Counted from the stretch's first letter, positions 39,318 through 49,638 are shown. The stretch is 64,000 bases of DNA from Patescibacteria group bacterium (GCA_041747555.1 JBGTEY010000013.1:16814-80813), one strand, 5' to 3'. Notes: generated from the sequence alone by a model not told the origin. Made by a program: numbers and translations.

Positions 39318-40615
39318 AGTTTTTTACTTCACTCCCCAAACCAATTCCGTTACTATTGGTTGTTTATTCAGTATTGTTCTGGGTTTTTTCGATCTTTTCA
39401 TATGCGCTTACCGATCCTAACTTGGTATTGATTAGCTGGGCGCCATATCAAACTTTCCAGAATTGGATGTGGAGCTCAATTGGGAGCAATCAACAATACT
39501 TATCATCTTTGTATGGGATTATTGTGGCTGGAATGGCGCTTCTCTATGTGTTGATTATTCTTCACCTATTCAAAGCTAAGAAAGAATTTTCAAAGTTGCC
39601 GCTTTCATACTTGGCACTACTTTGGTTGGTTCTTTTTGTGGCCCCACTCATGGTATCAATGAATGCGTTGTCTCATGATGTTTTTAACTACATCTTTAAT
39701 GCCAAAATGGCAGTTGTATACGGCGCAAATCCTCATGTGAGTGTTGCGTTGGACTTTCCTCAAGATTTATGGACTCGATTTATGCACAACACGCATACAG
39801 CGGCACCCTATGGATACGGATGGACGGCACTTTCACTTATTCCATTTGGCTTGGGTTTTGGTGTGTTTAGCATAACTTGGGTAATGTTTAGGCTGTTTAT
39901 GATTGGTGGGATTTTTGTGCTTTACTTTGGATTGCAAAGACTTTCAAGGGCTTTGCGGGATGTTACTGTGCCATTGTCACACTTGGCAGTTCTATTTTTA
40001 AATCCTCTTTTTTTGATCGAAACTATTAGTTCTATGCATAATGATGTTTGGATGATGGCGCTGGCGGTATGGGCAATTGCATTGATTCTACCCCTCAAAA
40101 TAAGTATGAAGCAGGTCTTGGCCTCAGCACTTTTACTGATCATGTCGATCTCAATTAAATATGTGACAGTTGTGCTTGTTCCCATCTGGTTATTTTTTGC
40201 GGCCAGCACTATTCTTGAATCAAAAGTTGCAACATTGATGCAGAATAAACTTAGAATTCCTGCCCGAATAGTTGAGATGTTGTTGCAAAAAGTAGTGTCT
40301 CTAGCAACTAATTTTCTACCCTTACTCATCTCAGTGCTATTTATTCTCCCACTCTTCACCGCAAGATCACAGCAGTTTCACCCTTGGTATTTGATATGGG
40401 CACTAGTCTGGATCCCAGAGATTAAAAGCGCGTGGTGGAGGTGGTCGCTTATCGCACTCTCAATAAGTAGTCTCTTTCGCTATCTCCCGTGGTTGTTTCA
40501 TGGAGGATACTCAAGTGAAATTTTGCTACAACAAAAAAGCATTACGTGGTTACCATTTTTCTTGATTTTGGTTCTGCAAGTGATGTGGTGGCATGCAAAG
40601 AGAGAGAAGGCATGA
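39314..40615 (+). CDS. GT-C membrane mannosyltransferase, MptA/MptB-like
   Basis: SHDVFNY, NP, PYG, LNPL, HND, IK and PWY motifs. Confidence 0.8.
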   Translation: MKFFTSLPKPIPLLLVVYSVLFWVFSIFSYALTDPNLVLISWAPYQTFQNWMWSSIGSNQQYLSSLYGIIVAGMALLYVLIILHLFKAKKEFSKLPLSYLALLWLVLFVAPLMVSMNALSHDVFNYIFNAKMAVVYGANPHVSVALDFPQDLWTRFMHNTHTAAPYGYGWTALSLIPFGLGFGVFSITWVMFRLFMIGGIFVLYFGLQRLSRALRDVTVPLSHLAVLFLNPLFLIETISSMHNDVWMMALAVWAIALILPLKISMKQVLASALLLIMSISIKYVTVVLVPIWLFFAASTILESKVATLMQNKLRIPARIVEMLLQKVVSLATNFLPLLISVLFILPLFTARSQQFHPWYLIWALVWIPEIKSAWWRWSLIALSISSLFRYLPWLFHGGYSSEILLQQKSITWLPFFLILVLQVMWWHAKREKA

Positions 40616-42186
40616 AAACTAAATTAGCGATTATGATCTTGGTTCTTGCATATCTATGCACTAGATTGATTGGTCTTGGCGCATTTCCTGTCTTTGCTGA
40701 CGAGGCAATTTACATTCGCTGGACGCAACTGATGATCGATTCGTTAAGTGAGTACGCGTTTTTTCCTCTTAATGATGGCAAGACCCCGCTCTTTATGTGG
40801 ATGATGATTCCATTTCAGTATTTGTTTCAAGATCAATTGGTTGCAGGCAGGTTCGTTTCAGTCGTTATTGGTGGTTTGCAGGTTATTGTTACCGGGCTAA
40901 TACTGAGTGGACTTGGGGTTGGGAAAAGAGCGGCATATATTGCAAGTGGATTAGTTGTACTGTTGCCATTTTGGGTGCTTCATCACCGGTTGGCACTGAT
41001 AGATGGAACGTTGACATTCTTCTTGACACTATCTGTGTATTTTCTACTTAAAGCAGTTACTCTTGATCAATCGCGCAGCATCTGGAAGTGGCGAATATTG
41101 TCTGGATTCAGTCTAGGAGCAGCGCTACTTACAAAGATTCCTGCGGTGTTGGCAGTTCCTTCACTTGGAGTTCTGGCGCTGTTTCTCATGAAAAATGAGC
41201 AAAAAAAGTTCAGACTGAGTCGATTTGAATTTATGCACCGTAGTGTTACGTTTGCGAGTATCTGCACAGTAGCGCTCATCGTCTTTTTATCACTCAAAAT
41301 TCACCCTGCATTTGGTCAGTTATTCAGAAGGGGCGGAGATTTTTTACACCCATTTTCTGATGTATTCTTCCAAGGAATGTGGAAAGACACGATCGGTAGT
41401 ATTCCAAATTATATACGCTATTTTCTCCAGTATCTGACACCAGCAGTATCTGCAGTGATGCTAATTGGCTTATTCCTAAAGAAACATCAGCAGCGAACGC
41501 ATCTCTTTTTTTGGTGTGGAGTCCTATTTATTTTGCCAATCGCGCTTCTGGGAAAGGTCGTGTATCCTCGTTATCTCTTTCCCGCCACTCTCTTTTTTAC
41601 TGTTGCTGCCGCACTGAGTTTTGATGCACTTATAGATCTCACGAGTCGCCTCAAAGGGGTAAGGCAGATTGCAGTTGGGGCAATTCTGGCGCTTTTGATC
41701 GCGAATACAGTCACTCAGTCAATGGCTTTTGCTATTCCGCTAATGAGTGATTACAACATGACGCCCTTTGTCTCATCTGATAGAGAGCAGTATTTGACAG
41801 AATGGTCATCTGGGCATGGAGTGCATGAAGTTGTTCAACGTATTACCCAAGAATCTCAAGACAAAACGATTGCAGTTGCTACAGAAGGGCATTTTGGAAC
41901 GCTTCCTGACGGGATATTGCTCTATTTGCATCGCAGGCCCGTTGACTCACTGTATATTGAGGGAATTGGTCAGCCCGTACACTCTATTCCAGAGAAATTC
42001 TTGGAGCGAGCAAGAGGATTTGATGAAATATTTCTAGTCGTAAATAGTCATCGAATGATGATTCCACTTGATCAATCTTTATTGCGTGTTGAGTATTGCA
42101 GGCCTTTTGACGCGCCGTGTTTGCAGGTCTGGGATATAACTGACATTGAGACAATTCAACCGCAAACAGACGCTGTAAGTCAATAA
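40612..42186 (+). CDS. GT-C membrane glycosyltransferase (ArnT/PMT-like)
   Basis: FADEAIY, KTPLFMW, GR, LLTK and PRY motifs. Confidence 0.85.
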   Translation: MKTKLAIMILVLAYLCTRLIGLGAFPVFADEAIYIRWTQLMIDSLSEYAFFPLNDGKTPLFMWMMIPFQYLFQDQLVAGRFVSVVIGGLQVIVTGLILSGLGVGKRAAYIASGLVVLLPFWVLHHRLALIDGTLTFFLTLSVYFLLKAVTLDQSRSIWKWRILSGFSLGAALLTKIPAVLAVPSLGVLALFLMKNEQKKFRLSRFEFMHRSVTFASICTVALIVFLSLKIHPAFGQLFRRGGDFLHPFSDVFFQGMWKDTIGSIPNYIRYFLQYLTPAVSAVMLIGLFLKKHQQRTHLFFWCGVLFILPIALLGKVVYPRYLFPATLFFTVAAALSFDALIDLTSRLKGVRQIAVGAILALLIANTVTQSMAFAIPLMSDYNMTPFVSSDREQYLTEWSSGHGVHEVVQRITQESQDKTIAVATEGHFGTLPDGILLYLHRRPVDSLYIEGIGQPVHSIPEKFLERARGFDEIFLVVNSHRMMIPLDQSLLRVEYCRPFDAPCLQVWDITDIETIQPQTDAVSQ

Positions 42187-42256
42187 GTACATCATACTTA
42201 TTGCGACTCACAAACATAGCGTATATGATCGCGATCTTAGCTGCCCCATACCATTT

Positions 42257-42988
42257 ATGCGGCAGTTTATTTCACAACTCTCTAGTGCATTCAAAGGAGA
42301 TTCCTTTACCAAAAAGAATCTACGAGTGCTAGTTGAAAAAACTGATACAAACTCTAATGACCACGCACTTTTTTCTAACCCAAAAACCCTCGCACATGCT
42401 TGTGCAACGCCACTTACCGTTATTAAATGCTGTGTTCAACAAAGTTTGGAAAAATCAAATCTGTCTGAGCAACAAATGTTGCTTAACTCATCATTGGTAG
42501 CGATTGATCGCATGAAAAACATCTTGAATAGCGTGTTGGACAATCAGACTCCAAGAAGTGGACCAGTAGATCTCAATGTGCTTTTAACTGAGGCTATTAA
42601 GTTAGTGCAAAATTCAAATCAAAGTCAAATATCTTACATTACTGCGAGAACTATAGATGCACAAATACTGGGCAGTTCTACTTTAGTTAGTGAGATGCTA
42701 ATTTGCATACTCAAAAATGCAATCGAAGCCTCACGCAACGAGAAAATCATCGTGCATCTCTCAGCTCGAAAGGCTTGGGTTAGGATTGACATTACAGATT
42801 TCGGCCATGGTATGAGCGAGCGGCAGCTAAAACTAGCCTCAAAGACGTCTTTCAGTACAAAATCGACTGGCAATGGAATTGGGCTACCATTTGTACGCGA
42901 AACGATTCATCAATATGGGGGCACACTCTCAATTATGAGCAGAGTAGGTGTAGGAACCTGGATTTCAATCAGATTACCAAAGGCCTAG
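42257..42988 (+). CDS. Cytoplasmic histidine kinase without a sensor domain
   Basis: H-box LAHACATPL, N-box KNAIEA, G1 DFGHGM, G2 GNGIGL and GVGT. Confidence 0.85.
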   Translation: MRQFISQLSSAFKGDSFTKKNLRVLVEKTDTNSNDHALFSNPKTLAHACATPLTVIKCCVQQSLEKSNLSEQQMLLNSSLVAIDRMKNILNSVLDNQTPRSGPVDLNVLLTEAIKLVQNSNQSQISYITARTIDAQILGSSTLVSEMLICILKNAIEASRNEKIIVHLSARKAWVRIDITDFGHGMSERQLKLASKTSFSTKSTGNGIGLPFVRETIHQYGGTLSIMSRVGVGTWISIRLPKA

Positions 42989-43000
42989 CGAGCAATAATA

Positions 43001-43669
43001 TCACTCGCATCGGTATCCAAATCCACGAACAGTTTGCAAATACCTTGAGTAGTCACCGAGCGATATCCTCAGCCTTCGAATATAGACATCAATAGAGGCG
43101 TAACTCGGTGCATCATCGGCTGCGTGCCACACAGCATCAATTATCTTTTCTCGTGAAACGGTAGATGGGCGTGATCGTAGTAGGCAGGTTAGAATTGCAG
43201 CTTCTTTTCTGCGAAGCTGCTTCTCACCTTGTGGGGTAATTAACACACCACTCCCTGCAATAAATCTGGCTGCACCTATTTCATAGTCTTCTAGCGGTGG
43301 GTGCTTTACAACCTGAAGCAATTTATTAGATTTAATGAGAAGCTCTGGTAGTGAAAAAGGCTTGGGCACATAATCGTCTGCACCGTCTTCAAGTCCGCGA
43401 ATTCGTTCATCGAGGTGATGTTGTCTAGAAAGTACAATAATTTTCGTTTGAAAATGGCAATCACGTAAATACCGAGCGACTTCAAGCCCGTCGCCATCGG
43501 GTAGCATTCTATCCAAAAGCACCAAGTCAAACTGTTTGGACTCAAGCTGCGCATAGGCGTCAAAAATAGTATGAGACGTGTGACAACTATGTGACTTCTT
43601 CTCAATCTGTGCGCGGAGTAGATTAGCGAGTTGCCAATCGTCTTCAACAATCAGGACATTTTTTTTCAT
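43001..43669 (-). CDS. OmpR/PhoB-family response regulator
   Basis: VEDD, LLDRMLP, GADDYVPKPF and TVRGFGY motifs. Confidence 0.95.
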   Translation of the reverse strand: MKKNVLIVEDDWQLANLLRAQIEKKSHSCHTSHTIFDAYAQLESKQFDLVLLDRMLPDGDGLEVARYLRDCHFQTKIIVLSRQHHLDERIRGLEDGADDYVPKPFSLPELLIKSNKLLQVVKHPPLEDYEIGAARFIAGSGVLITPQGEKQLRRKEAAILTCLLRSRPSTVSREKIIDAVWHAADDAPSYASIDVYIRRLRISLGDYSRYLQTVRGFGYRCE

Positions 43670-43733
43670 GAAATCATCGTATGATAGACTTGTATCATAG
43701 ACAATGAAGCGGTCTTACTCATTGACACTCATG

Positions 43734-43804
43734 ATCCCGGACTAGGATTCGAACCTAGGATAACAGAGTCAGAATCTGTTGTGATGCCACTTCACTATCC
43801 GGGA
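43734..43804 (-). tRNA. tRNA-Gln(CTG), CCA not encoded
   Basis: Cloverleaf with TCCCGGA/TCCGGGA acceptor stem, ACAGA-TTCTGAC-TCTGT anticodon arm and GGTTCGAATCC T-arm. Confidence 0.96.
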
Positions 43805-43928
43805 TTGGCGCTTGAATTACGCTCTTATCAAAGCGATATTCTCGAGGTATAGCCTACCACAAAATGAATGCGTTTGCTATATAAATGCCTACTTCCACAC
43901 ACCTCATCACATATTGTACAATGAAAAT

Positions 43929-44519
43929 ATGGCATATAGTAACCAGTCTGAATTTAGTTCATTACGACGACATCATCACAAGTGGCCGTATATTGTTGCC
44001 GCCTTACTGCTTACTATTGTTATCTATCAATCAATCCGTGCTAGAGAAGCAGTCGCTCCCACAGATGAAGTGTCAGATATTGAAGTTCAGCAAGTAATTC
44101 AGTCAGAGGATCAGCAAGTTATAGAGAAAATTACTCCCGTGGATGGCTCATACACTGTTGGTGTTCAAGAATCTGATTTAAATTACTTACTAGCTCGAGA
44201 ACTAGACAATCAAGCTCCCAGTGACAACCCTGTTGTTGATGCGACCATAACCCTCAATCAAGGCGTAGGCGTCTTACTTCTGACCTGGAAACAGGGTCAA
44301 ATCCTTACGGCAGAGGTCGTTGTGGATGACACTAAAATTAACTTAGAAATTCAGAACACAACAGTTACGGGAGCAGGTCTCCTGAACAGCGTTATGGAAG
44401 TAGCGGCCACTAAATACCTCGAGCAAGCCATGGATACACTCACTCAGTCTGAGGACTTTCAAGATATTGCTCAAATCGATATCGTACCTGGTGAGCTACG
44501 GGTCTATTATGCGTTTTAG
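43929..44519 (+). CDS. Single-pass membrane protein, unknown function
   Basis: N-terminal TM and acidic soluble domain; TACAAT lies 6 nt before the ATG. Confidence 0.75.
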   Translation: MAYSNQSEFSSLRRHHHKWPYIVAALLLTIVIYQSIRAREAVAPTDEVSDIEVQQVIQSEDQQVIEKITPVDGSYTVGVQESDLNYLLARELDNQAPSDNPVVDATITLNQGVGVLLLTWKQGQILTAEVVVDDTKINLEIQNTTVTGAGLLNSVMEVAATKYLEQAMDTLTQSEDFQDIAQIDIVPGELRVYYAF

Positions 44520-44557
44520 CTACGACTAAAAAACTTACTTTTATAACAGTAATTATA

Positions 44558-46213
44558 TTACTGATTTACTTGATATAACTTGTGTAAATACTCATCAAGC
44601 ATTCGCTTTGAGCTAAATTTTTCTGATAGTTCAATTGATTTTTGCATCATGGTTATCCAGCGATCTGGTAACCCATCGGCATTGCAGGCATAAAAAAGCG
44701 GCACTATTTCTTCTTCTAGTGTCTGGTAGATACTTGTAGAAAGATCCTCATGATTAAGCTTCCAACCCACCTCAGACCAATCAACTTCCGCAGCCCAACC
44801 GTCTGCAACGGTGCATTGCAAAACTCCATTAGAAATTGCCTTCATACCAGAAGTTCCACTCGCTTCTCGACCAAACTCAGGGGTATTCAGCCACACGTCA
44901 GAGCCTCTCGTGAGCTGTTGTGCTACTTCAATTGAGTAATTAGGCACAAAGAGAGCGTGACCAGATAACTCATTTTGAAAAATTTTAATAATTGATTGCA
45001 ATTCGTGCTTTCCAGTCGTGTCCCCAATATGCGCTTTTCCAGAAACCAAGAGTTGAATGGGATGTTTTGAATTCTTGATCAGTTGTGTCAGTCTCTCTAA
45101 ATCACGAAAGAGTAGTGGAAGCTGCTTGTAACCCGCAATTCTTCGAGCCCAACTAATGACAAGACGATTGTGATCATACGTATATCCGGTGACACTTTGT
45201 ACGTATCGCGCCAAATCCTCTTTAAGCTGATGATGGCGGTTCCATAGTGCTGCAGGTGCATCCTTTTGTGAGTGGAGTTCTTGATCTTGCCATGTAGGAA
45301 GATGCACGCCATTCGTTACGTTTACCCAATCATATCGCGACCAGGTGCCCTGAGAAAGCTTGGTATGAAGTTCACTGACGCCATTGGCGCGGTGCGAAGT
45401 ATTGAGCGCATAGTTGGTGATCGAGAATACTTCTGGATCAAGATCTATGCCGTCTGCAAGGAGTTGCTCGGTACTTATTCCCATTTTTTGCGCATAATAC
45501 CGTGCAAATACTTTTAACAAATCCATAGAATACCCTTGATTTCCAGCTGCGACCAAGGTGTGGTTCGTATACACAGTTTTTTCAATTGCCAGTGTACGAG
45601 CACTCTGATAGTTCATCCCATGCGTATCCATGAACATTCTAATTAATTGCCAATGCAAGAAAGCAGGTCGTCCCTCATTCACGTGGTATAAATATGGTCT
45701 CACATCGAGTTCTCTGAGAAGTTTAATCCCACCTATGCCCAGTATAAGTTGCTGCTTCAGTTGCTGTTCTTGAGTTCCTGAGTAGAGAATTTGGGTAATG
45801 CTGCGTTCACTTAACTGATTTTGATCAGTTTCTGTATCAAGGAGGTAGAGTACAACGTTATTATTAAATGTCTTTTTCCAAACTCTGACCCAAACATCAA
45901 CCTCCGTTAGGTGAATTTTTAAAAATAAGGGATCATTATCAACATATACATGCTCAAGACCAACTGATAACGGATCAAAAAGATTGTCATGCTCAATCTG
46001 CATACCATCCTGAGTAAGACTCTGAATCGCCCCGTATCCTCTGTAAAGTAGTCCAATGCCAATGAAGGGGGTGCCATTGTCTGCAGCTTGCTTTATGGTG
46101 TCACCGGCTAAGATACCAAGTCCACCTGCATATATTGGGATAGAAGTATCAAATCCAAACTCTGCACAGAAGTAAGCGATAGGGTTTTGTGGGCTCAGGG
46201 CAGGAGTCGGCAT
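44558..46213 (-). CDS. glgP: Alpha-glucan (glycogen) phosphorylase, short form
   Basis: YAGGLGILAGD, NEG, TNHT, TNGVH, ARR, GKAH and EASGTSGMK (PLP lysine) motifs. Confidence 0.93.
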   Translation of the reverse strand: MPTPALSPQNPIAYFCAEFGFDTSIPIYAGGLGILAGDTIKQAADNGTPFIGIGLLYRGYGAIQSLTQDGMQIEHDNLFDPLSVGLEHVYVDNDPLFLKIHLTEVDVWVRVWKKTFNNNVVLYLLDTETDQNQLSERSITQILYSGTQEQQLKQQLILGIGGIKLLRELDVRPYLYHVNEGRPAFLHWQLIRMFMDTHGMNYQSARTLAIEKTVYTNHTLVAAGNQGYSMDLLKVFARYYAQKMGISTEQLLADGIDLDPEVFSITNYALNTSHRANGVSELHTKLSQGTWSRYDWVNVTNGVHLPTWQDQELHSQKDAPAALWNRHHQLKEDLARYVQSVTGYTYDHNRLVISWARRIAGYKQLPLLFRDLERLTQLIKNSKHPIQLLVSGKAHIGDTTGKHELQSIIKIFQNELSGHALFVPNYSIEVAQQLTRGSDVWLNTPEFGREASGTSGMKAISNGVLQCTVADGWAAEVDWSEVGWKLNHEDLSTSIYQTLEEEIVPLFYACNADGLPDRWITMMQKSIELSEKFSSKRMLDEYLHKLYQVNQ

Positions 46214-46287
46214 GGCGTTTTATGGTTAATCTGGTAAAGTAATAACAGTAACCATAGTACCAGAATTCATACTCGAAAGTACAGCCT

Positions 46288-47346
46288 ATGTCGATTCAAG
46301 AAATTGAAACCATCCTCGGTGAAGAAGTAGAAACACTCCTTCATCACACCTGCACCAAGATTCCAAAAGAAAGTATTGTGATTCCAGGCGGTGATCATGT
46401 CACTCGAGTTTTTTCTGACAGTAATCGATCCGAAGCAGTAATTTCAAATCTGAAGCGTCTGTACAATCACGGCTCGCTATCTGGAACGGGATACATGTCC
46501 ATTTTCCCGGTTGATCAGGGAATGGAGCATACTGCGGCATACTCGTTTTATTCAAATCCCCAGTATTTTGATCCAGAAGTTATAGTCAAAATGGCAATTG
46601 AAGGCGGATGCAATGGCGTTGCCTCAACATCAGGTATTTTGGGCTTGGTATCAAAAAAATACGCTGACCAAATTCCATTTATTGTTAAAGCAAATCACAG
46701 TGAGCATCTGACATACCCTGAACAAACAAATCAATTGCTTTTTACGTCTGCCCAACAAATAGCTGATATGGGTGCTGCAGGCGTTGGAGCAACAATTTAT
46801 TTTGGTTCAGAGCAATCACATCGTCAAATACAAGAAATTGCAGCACTCTTCGAAGATGCCCACCAGAGGGGATTATTTACAATATTGTGGTGCTACCCAA
46901 GAAACGATGGGTATGAAAAAGATGGCACTGATTTCACTTCCTCCGCTGACATTACTGCACAAGCTATACACATCGGTGTGACACTTGGCGCTGACATTAT
47001 TAAGCAAAAAATGCCAACCTCCACAAGAGGATTTAGTAGTTTGGGTTTCAGCAAGTATGCTGAAGGTATGTACGATCAACTTCTCTCAGATCATCCAATC
47101 GATTTGGTCAGATATCAAGTTGCCCACAGTTATATGGGAAAAATCAGCATGATTAATTCCGGGGGCGAGTCCAAAGGAGACGATGACTTGCGTGCTGCGG
47201 TCAGAGCTGCAGTAATCAATAAACGAGGTGGCGGTGCTGGCTTAATTATGGGCAGAAAAGTCTTCAAGCGACCATTTGAGGAGGGCATCAAAATCCTCCA
47301 AGCAGTACAAAATGTGTATCACATGCCAGAAATTACTGTTGCGTAA
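46288..47346 (+). CDS. fbaB: Class I fructose-bisphosphate aldolase (DhnA type)
   Basis: PVDQGMEH, GATIYFGS, LWCY, ADIIKQK and INKRGGG motifs. Confidence 0.95.
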   Translation: MSIQEIETILGEEVETLLHHTCTKIPKESIVIPGGDHVTRVFSDSNRSEAVISNLKRLYNHGSLSGTGYMSIFPVDQGMEHTAAYSFYSNPQYFDPEVIVKMAIEGGCNGVASTSGILGLVSKKYADQIPFIVKANHSEHLTYPEQTNQLLFTSAQQIADMGAAGVGATIYFGSEQSHRQIQEIAALFEDAHQRGLFTILWCYPRNDGYEKDGTDFTSSADITAQAIHIGVTLGADIIKQKMPTSTRGFSSLGFSKYAEGMYDQLLSDHPIDLVRYQVAHSYMGKISMINSGGESKGDDDLRAAVRAAVINKRGGGAGLIMGRKVFKRPFEEGIKILQAVQNVYHMPEITVA

Positions 47347-47406
47347 GGTCCAGGTTCGAAAAAAAATACTCACAAAAATGGTGCGATTAATGCTGGCAAA
47401 AGCTCG

Positions 47407-48636
47407 CTAGACCTGAAATGTACCGTCTTTATAGATAATTCGAGTACTTCCATCGCTCAATGTAGCCGTTACAGTTCTGTCGGTTGTTGAGACTATATCT
47501 GTATGTTCTGATGAGTCATTGAACCCCATTTTTTCCCATTCTGATTTTGAAACTGTCGCAGGGTCACCTCGGTAGCAATCTCGATACGCCATTCCAATGG
47601 CAACATGCGTGTTACCGTAGGGTCCTCCCACGTTTTCATCAAACAAAGTCTCAGCCATGGGATGTGTAATGCGCGACATTCTGGCATCGGTTAGTGAAAA
47701 TTCTCCCAATTTGTCTGCATTTTTCGTATTGAGCATTTCTTCTAGCAGTTTTTGCCCAGTACGAGCAGTTGCGCTTGTCACCAATCCTTTTTTAAACTCT
47801 AGTCGTGCGCCATCAATAACTGCGCCGTATCGATACACTGGTTGATTGAATTGAATCCAGCCTTCTGTCCCTCGCCAGTCAGGTGATGTAAATAGTTCAA
47901 AACTAGGTATGTTTCTACCCCGACCACCACTCCAAACTCTATTTGTACCCAGCTGAACATGGAGATCTGCATCTGCTCCAACCATATGGATTTTTTCTAT
48001 ACTCATTTTATTGAGACGATCCTTTATTTTCTTTTGCAGTCTATAGAGCGACTCCCATTCAGCAATTGGGTTTTGACTATCCAAGAAACATGCTTGAATG
48101 ATTTGTTTCCAGTAATCCTCAAGCGAGAGGCCAACAATTTTTGCTTTTGCCTCAGTACCCCAAAGAGCAAGTGTCCAGGTGTATTTACCGCTATTTTCTT
48201 TATCAATCAGTAAATCTCGAAATGGTTTTTTTGCGTTGCGCGCAAGCATAATTTTGGCAGGATCGGTACTAGAAAGTTCTGTAGGATCAACATCAGCAAT
48301 AATACCGATAGTATGATCAATCAATTTAGCACGTTCTTTTAGAAATTCTTCAGGAAAAAATGTCAATTGTTTGTCAGATGCCAATGCATAAAAGGTACGA
48401 TCAAAACCGGTTGGTAGTAATTTGATGAGAGGTTGTGCACCAGCTTCAAGAAGCACATTTTGTAAATGAAATGCTAATGGCTTGGCGACATCAGGCACCA
48501 AACATTGAACTACATCACCTTTTTTCACCCCTTTTCCGCTGTTAAGTGCAAAAAGTACCAGAACGCGAGCATATTTTTCGAGTAACTCATCTGGTGGTAC
48601 ATACTGTTGCATCACGGTTCGGTGATAATTAGACAT
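47407..48636 (-). CDS. Aminopeptidase (M29, AmpS/thermophilic metalloprotease family)
   Basis: NIPSFELFTSP, LGE, LFDEN, HVAIG and SEHTD motifs. Confidence 0.9.
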   Translation of the reverse strand: MSNYHRTVMQQYVPPDELLEKYARVLVLFALNSGKGVKKGDVVQCLVPDVAKPLAFHLQNVLLEAGAQPLIKLLPTGFDRTFYALASDKQLTFFPEEFLKERAKLIDHTIGIIADVDPTELSSTDPAKIMLARNAKKPFRDLLIDKENSGKYTWTLALWGTEAKAKIVGLSLEDYWKQIIQACFLDSQNPIAEWESLYRLQKKIKDRLNKMSIEKIHMVGADADLHVQLGTNRVWSGGRGRNIPSFELFTSPDWRGTEGWIQFNQPVYRYGAVIDGARLEFKKGLVTSATARTGQKLLEEMLNTKNADKLGEFSLTDARMSRITHPMAETLFDENVGGPYGNTHVAIGMAYRDCYRGDPATVSKSEWEKMGFNDSSEHTDIVSTTDRTVTATLSDGSTRIIYKDGTFQV

Positions 48637-48645
48637 ATATCCTTT

Positions 48646-49251
48646 CTAGTTTTTTGGTGATTTATTCAAAGAGGTAGTTGTCACGAGGTGATCTTTTACT
48701 TTCATGAATGCACGTGCGCGGTGAGAGTATTTGGCTTTATATTCAGAGCCCAATTGCGCAAAGGTATCTGTCTCCCCATCTGGGGTAAAAATAGGATCGT
48801 AACCAAAACCAGCAGATCCTGAAGGCTGCTCTGCAATTTTCCCTGTTATAACTCCTTCAAAATAAAGTGGTTCAGCACCCTCTTGCAAGAGGCATGCAAC
48901 TGTAACAAAACGGGCCGAGCGATCTCCAGCGGTAGCAATTCGATTGAGGAGCGCTTGATTCTTTTCGCCGTCGGTACCAGGATGCCAACGATTACTCGCC
49001 ACCCCAGGTTCGTTATTGAGAGCTGTGACTTCTAAACCTGAGTCATCAGCAACACAGAGTTTGTGCGTTACATTTGAATAAAATGCAGCCTTAATGTAGG
49101 CATTTTCTGCGAACGTGGTACCTGTTTCTTCAACATCCACATCTTGCATACTAACGTCTGCCAGTGAAAATATGGTCAACGGTAGATCTTGAAAAATTTC
49201 TTTGATCTCGGATAATTTATTTGAATTTGTTGTCGCTACGACGAGGTCCAT
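48646..49251 (-). CDS. rdgB: Non-canonical purine NTP pyrophosphatase (RdgB/HAM1)
   Basis: ATTNSNK, ADDSGL, GFGYDPIF and SHR motifs. Confidence 0.95.
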   Translation of the reverse strand: MDLVVATTNSNKLSEIKEIFQDLPLTIFSLADVSMQDVDVEETGTTFAENAYIKAAFYSNVTHKLCVADDSGLEVTALNNEPGVASNRWHPGTDGEKNQALLNRIATAGDRSARFVTVACLLQEGAEPLYFEGVITGKIAEQPSGSAGFGYDPIFTPDGETDTFAQLGSEYKAKYSHRARAFMKVKDHLVTTTSLNKSPKN

Positions 49252-49255
49252 GCTA

Positions 49256-49540
49256 TTAGTTTCCACCCCCAAGCATACCTGACAATCCACCAGTCATGCT
49301 TTGTAGTTTCTTGGCTGCAAGCTCTTGAGATTGCTTGATTGCTTTATTAAGAACATCAATGACTTCACTGCTTGAAACGCCCTGAACTGATAGTTTATGA
49401 ATTGTTTGATCCCCACCAATTACAACAACCACATCACCTTCTTCTAGAGTGATTCGCTCATTTGCAAGCTCATCTTGCATTTGCTTTGCTTGCTTTCTGA
49501 GATTATTGAGGTCTCCAAGTGCTTTAAACGGATTTGCCAT
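49256..49540 (-). CDS. ybaB: YbaB/EbfC nucleoid-associated protein
   Basis: KQAKQMQ..L motif, Gly-rich tail, located downstream of dnaX. Confidence 0.88.
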   Translation of the reverse strand: MANPFKALGDLNNLRKQAKQMQDELANERITLEEGDVVVVIGGDQTIHKLSVQGVSSSEVIDVLNKAIKQSQELAAKKLQSMTGGLSGMLGGGN

Positions 49541-49638
49541 AGTTCCTTTCGAGGTAAGTCTTTTCTATTTGTGAGTCACACTATTGTAGCAAATAATCAG
49601 CGGAACACGATAGTTATTTTCTTAGCACGAGCAACAGT

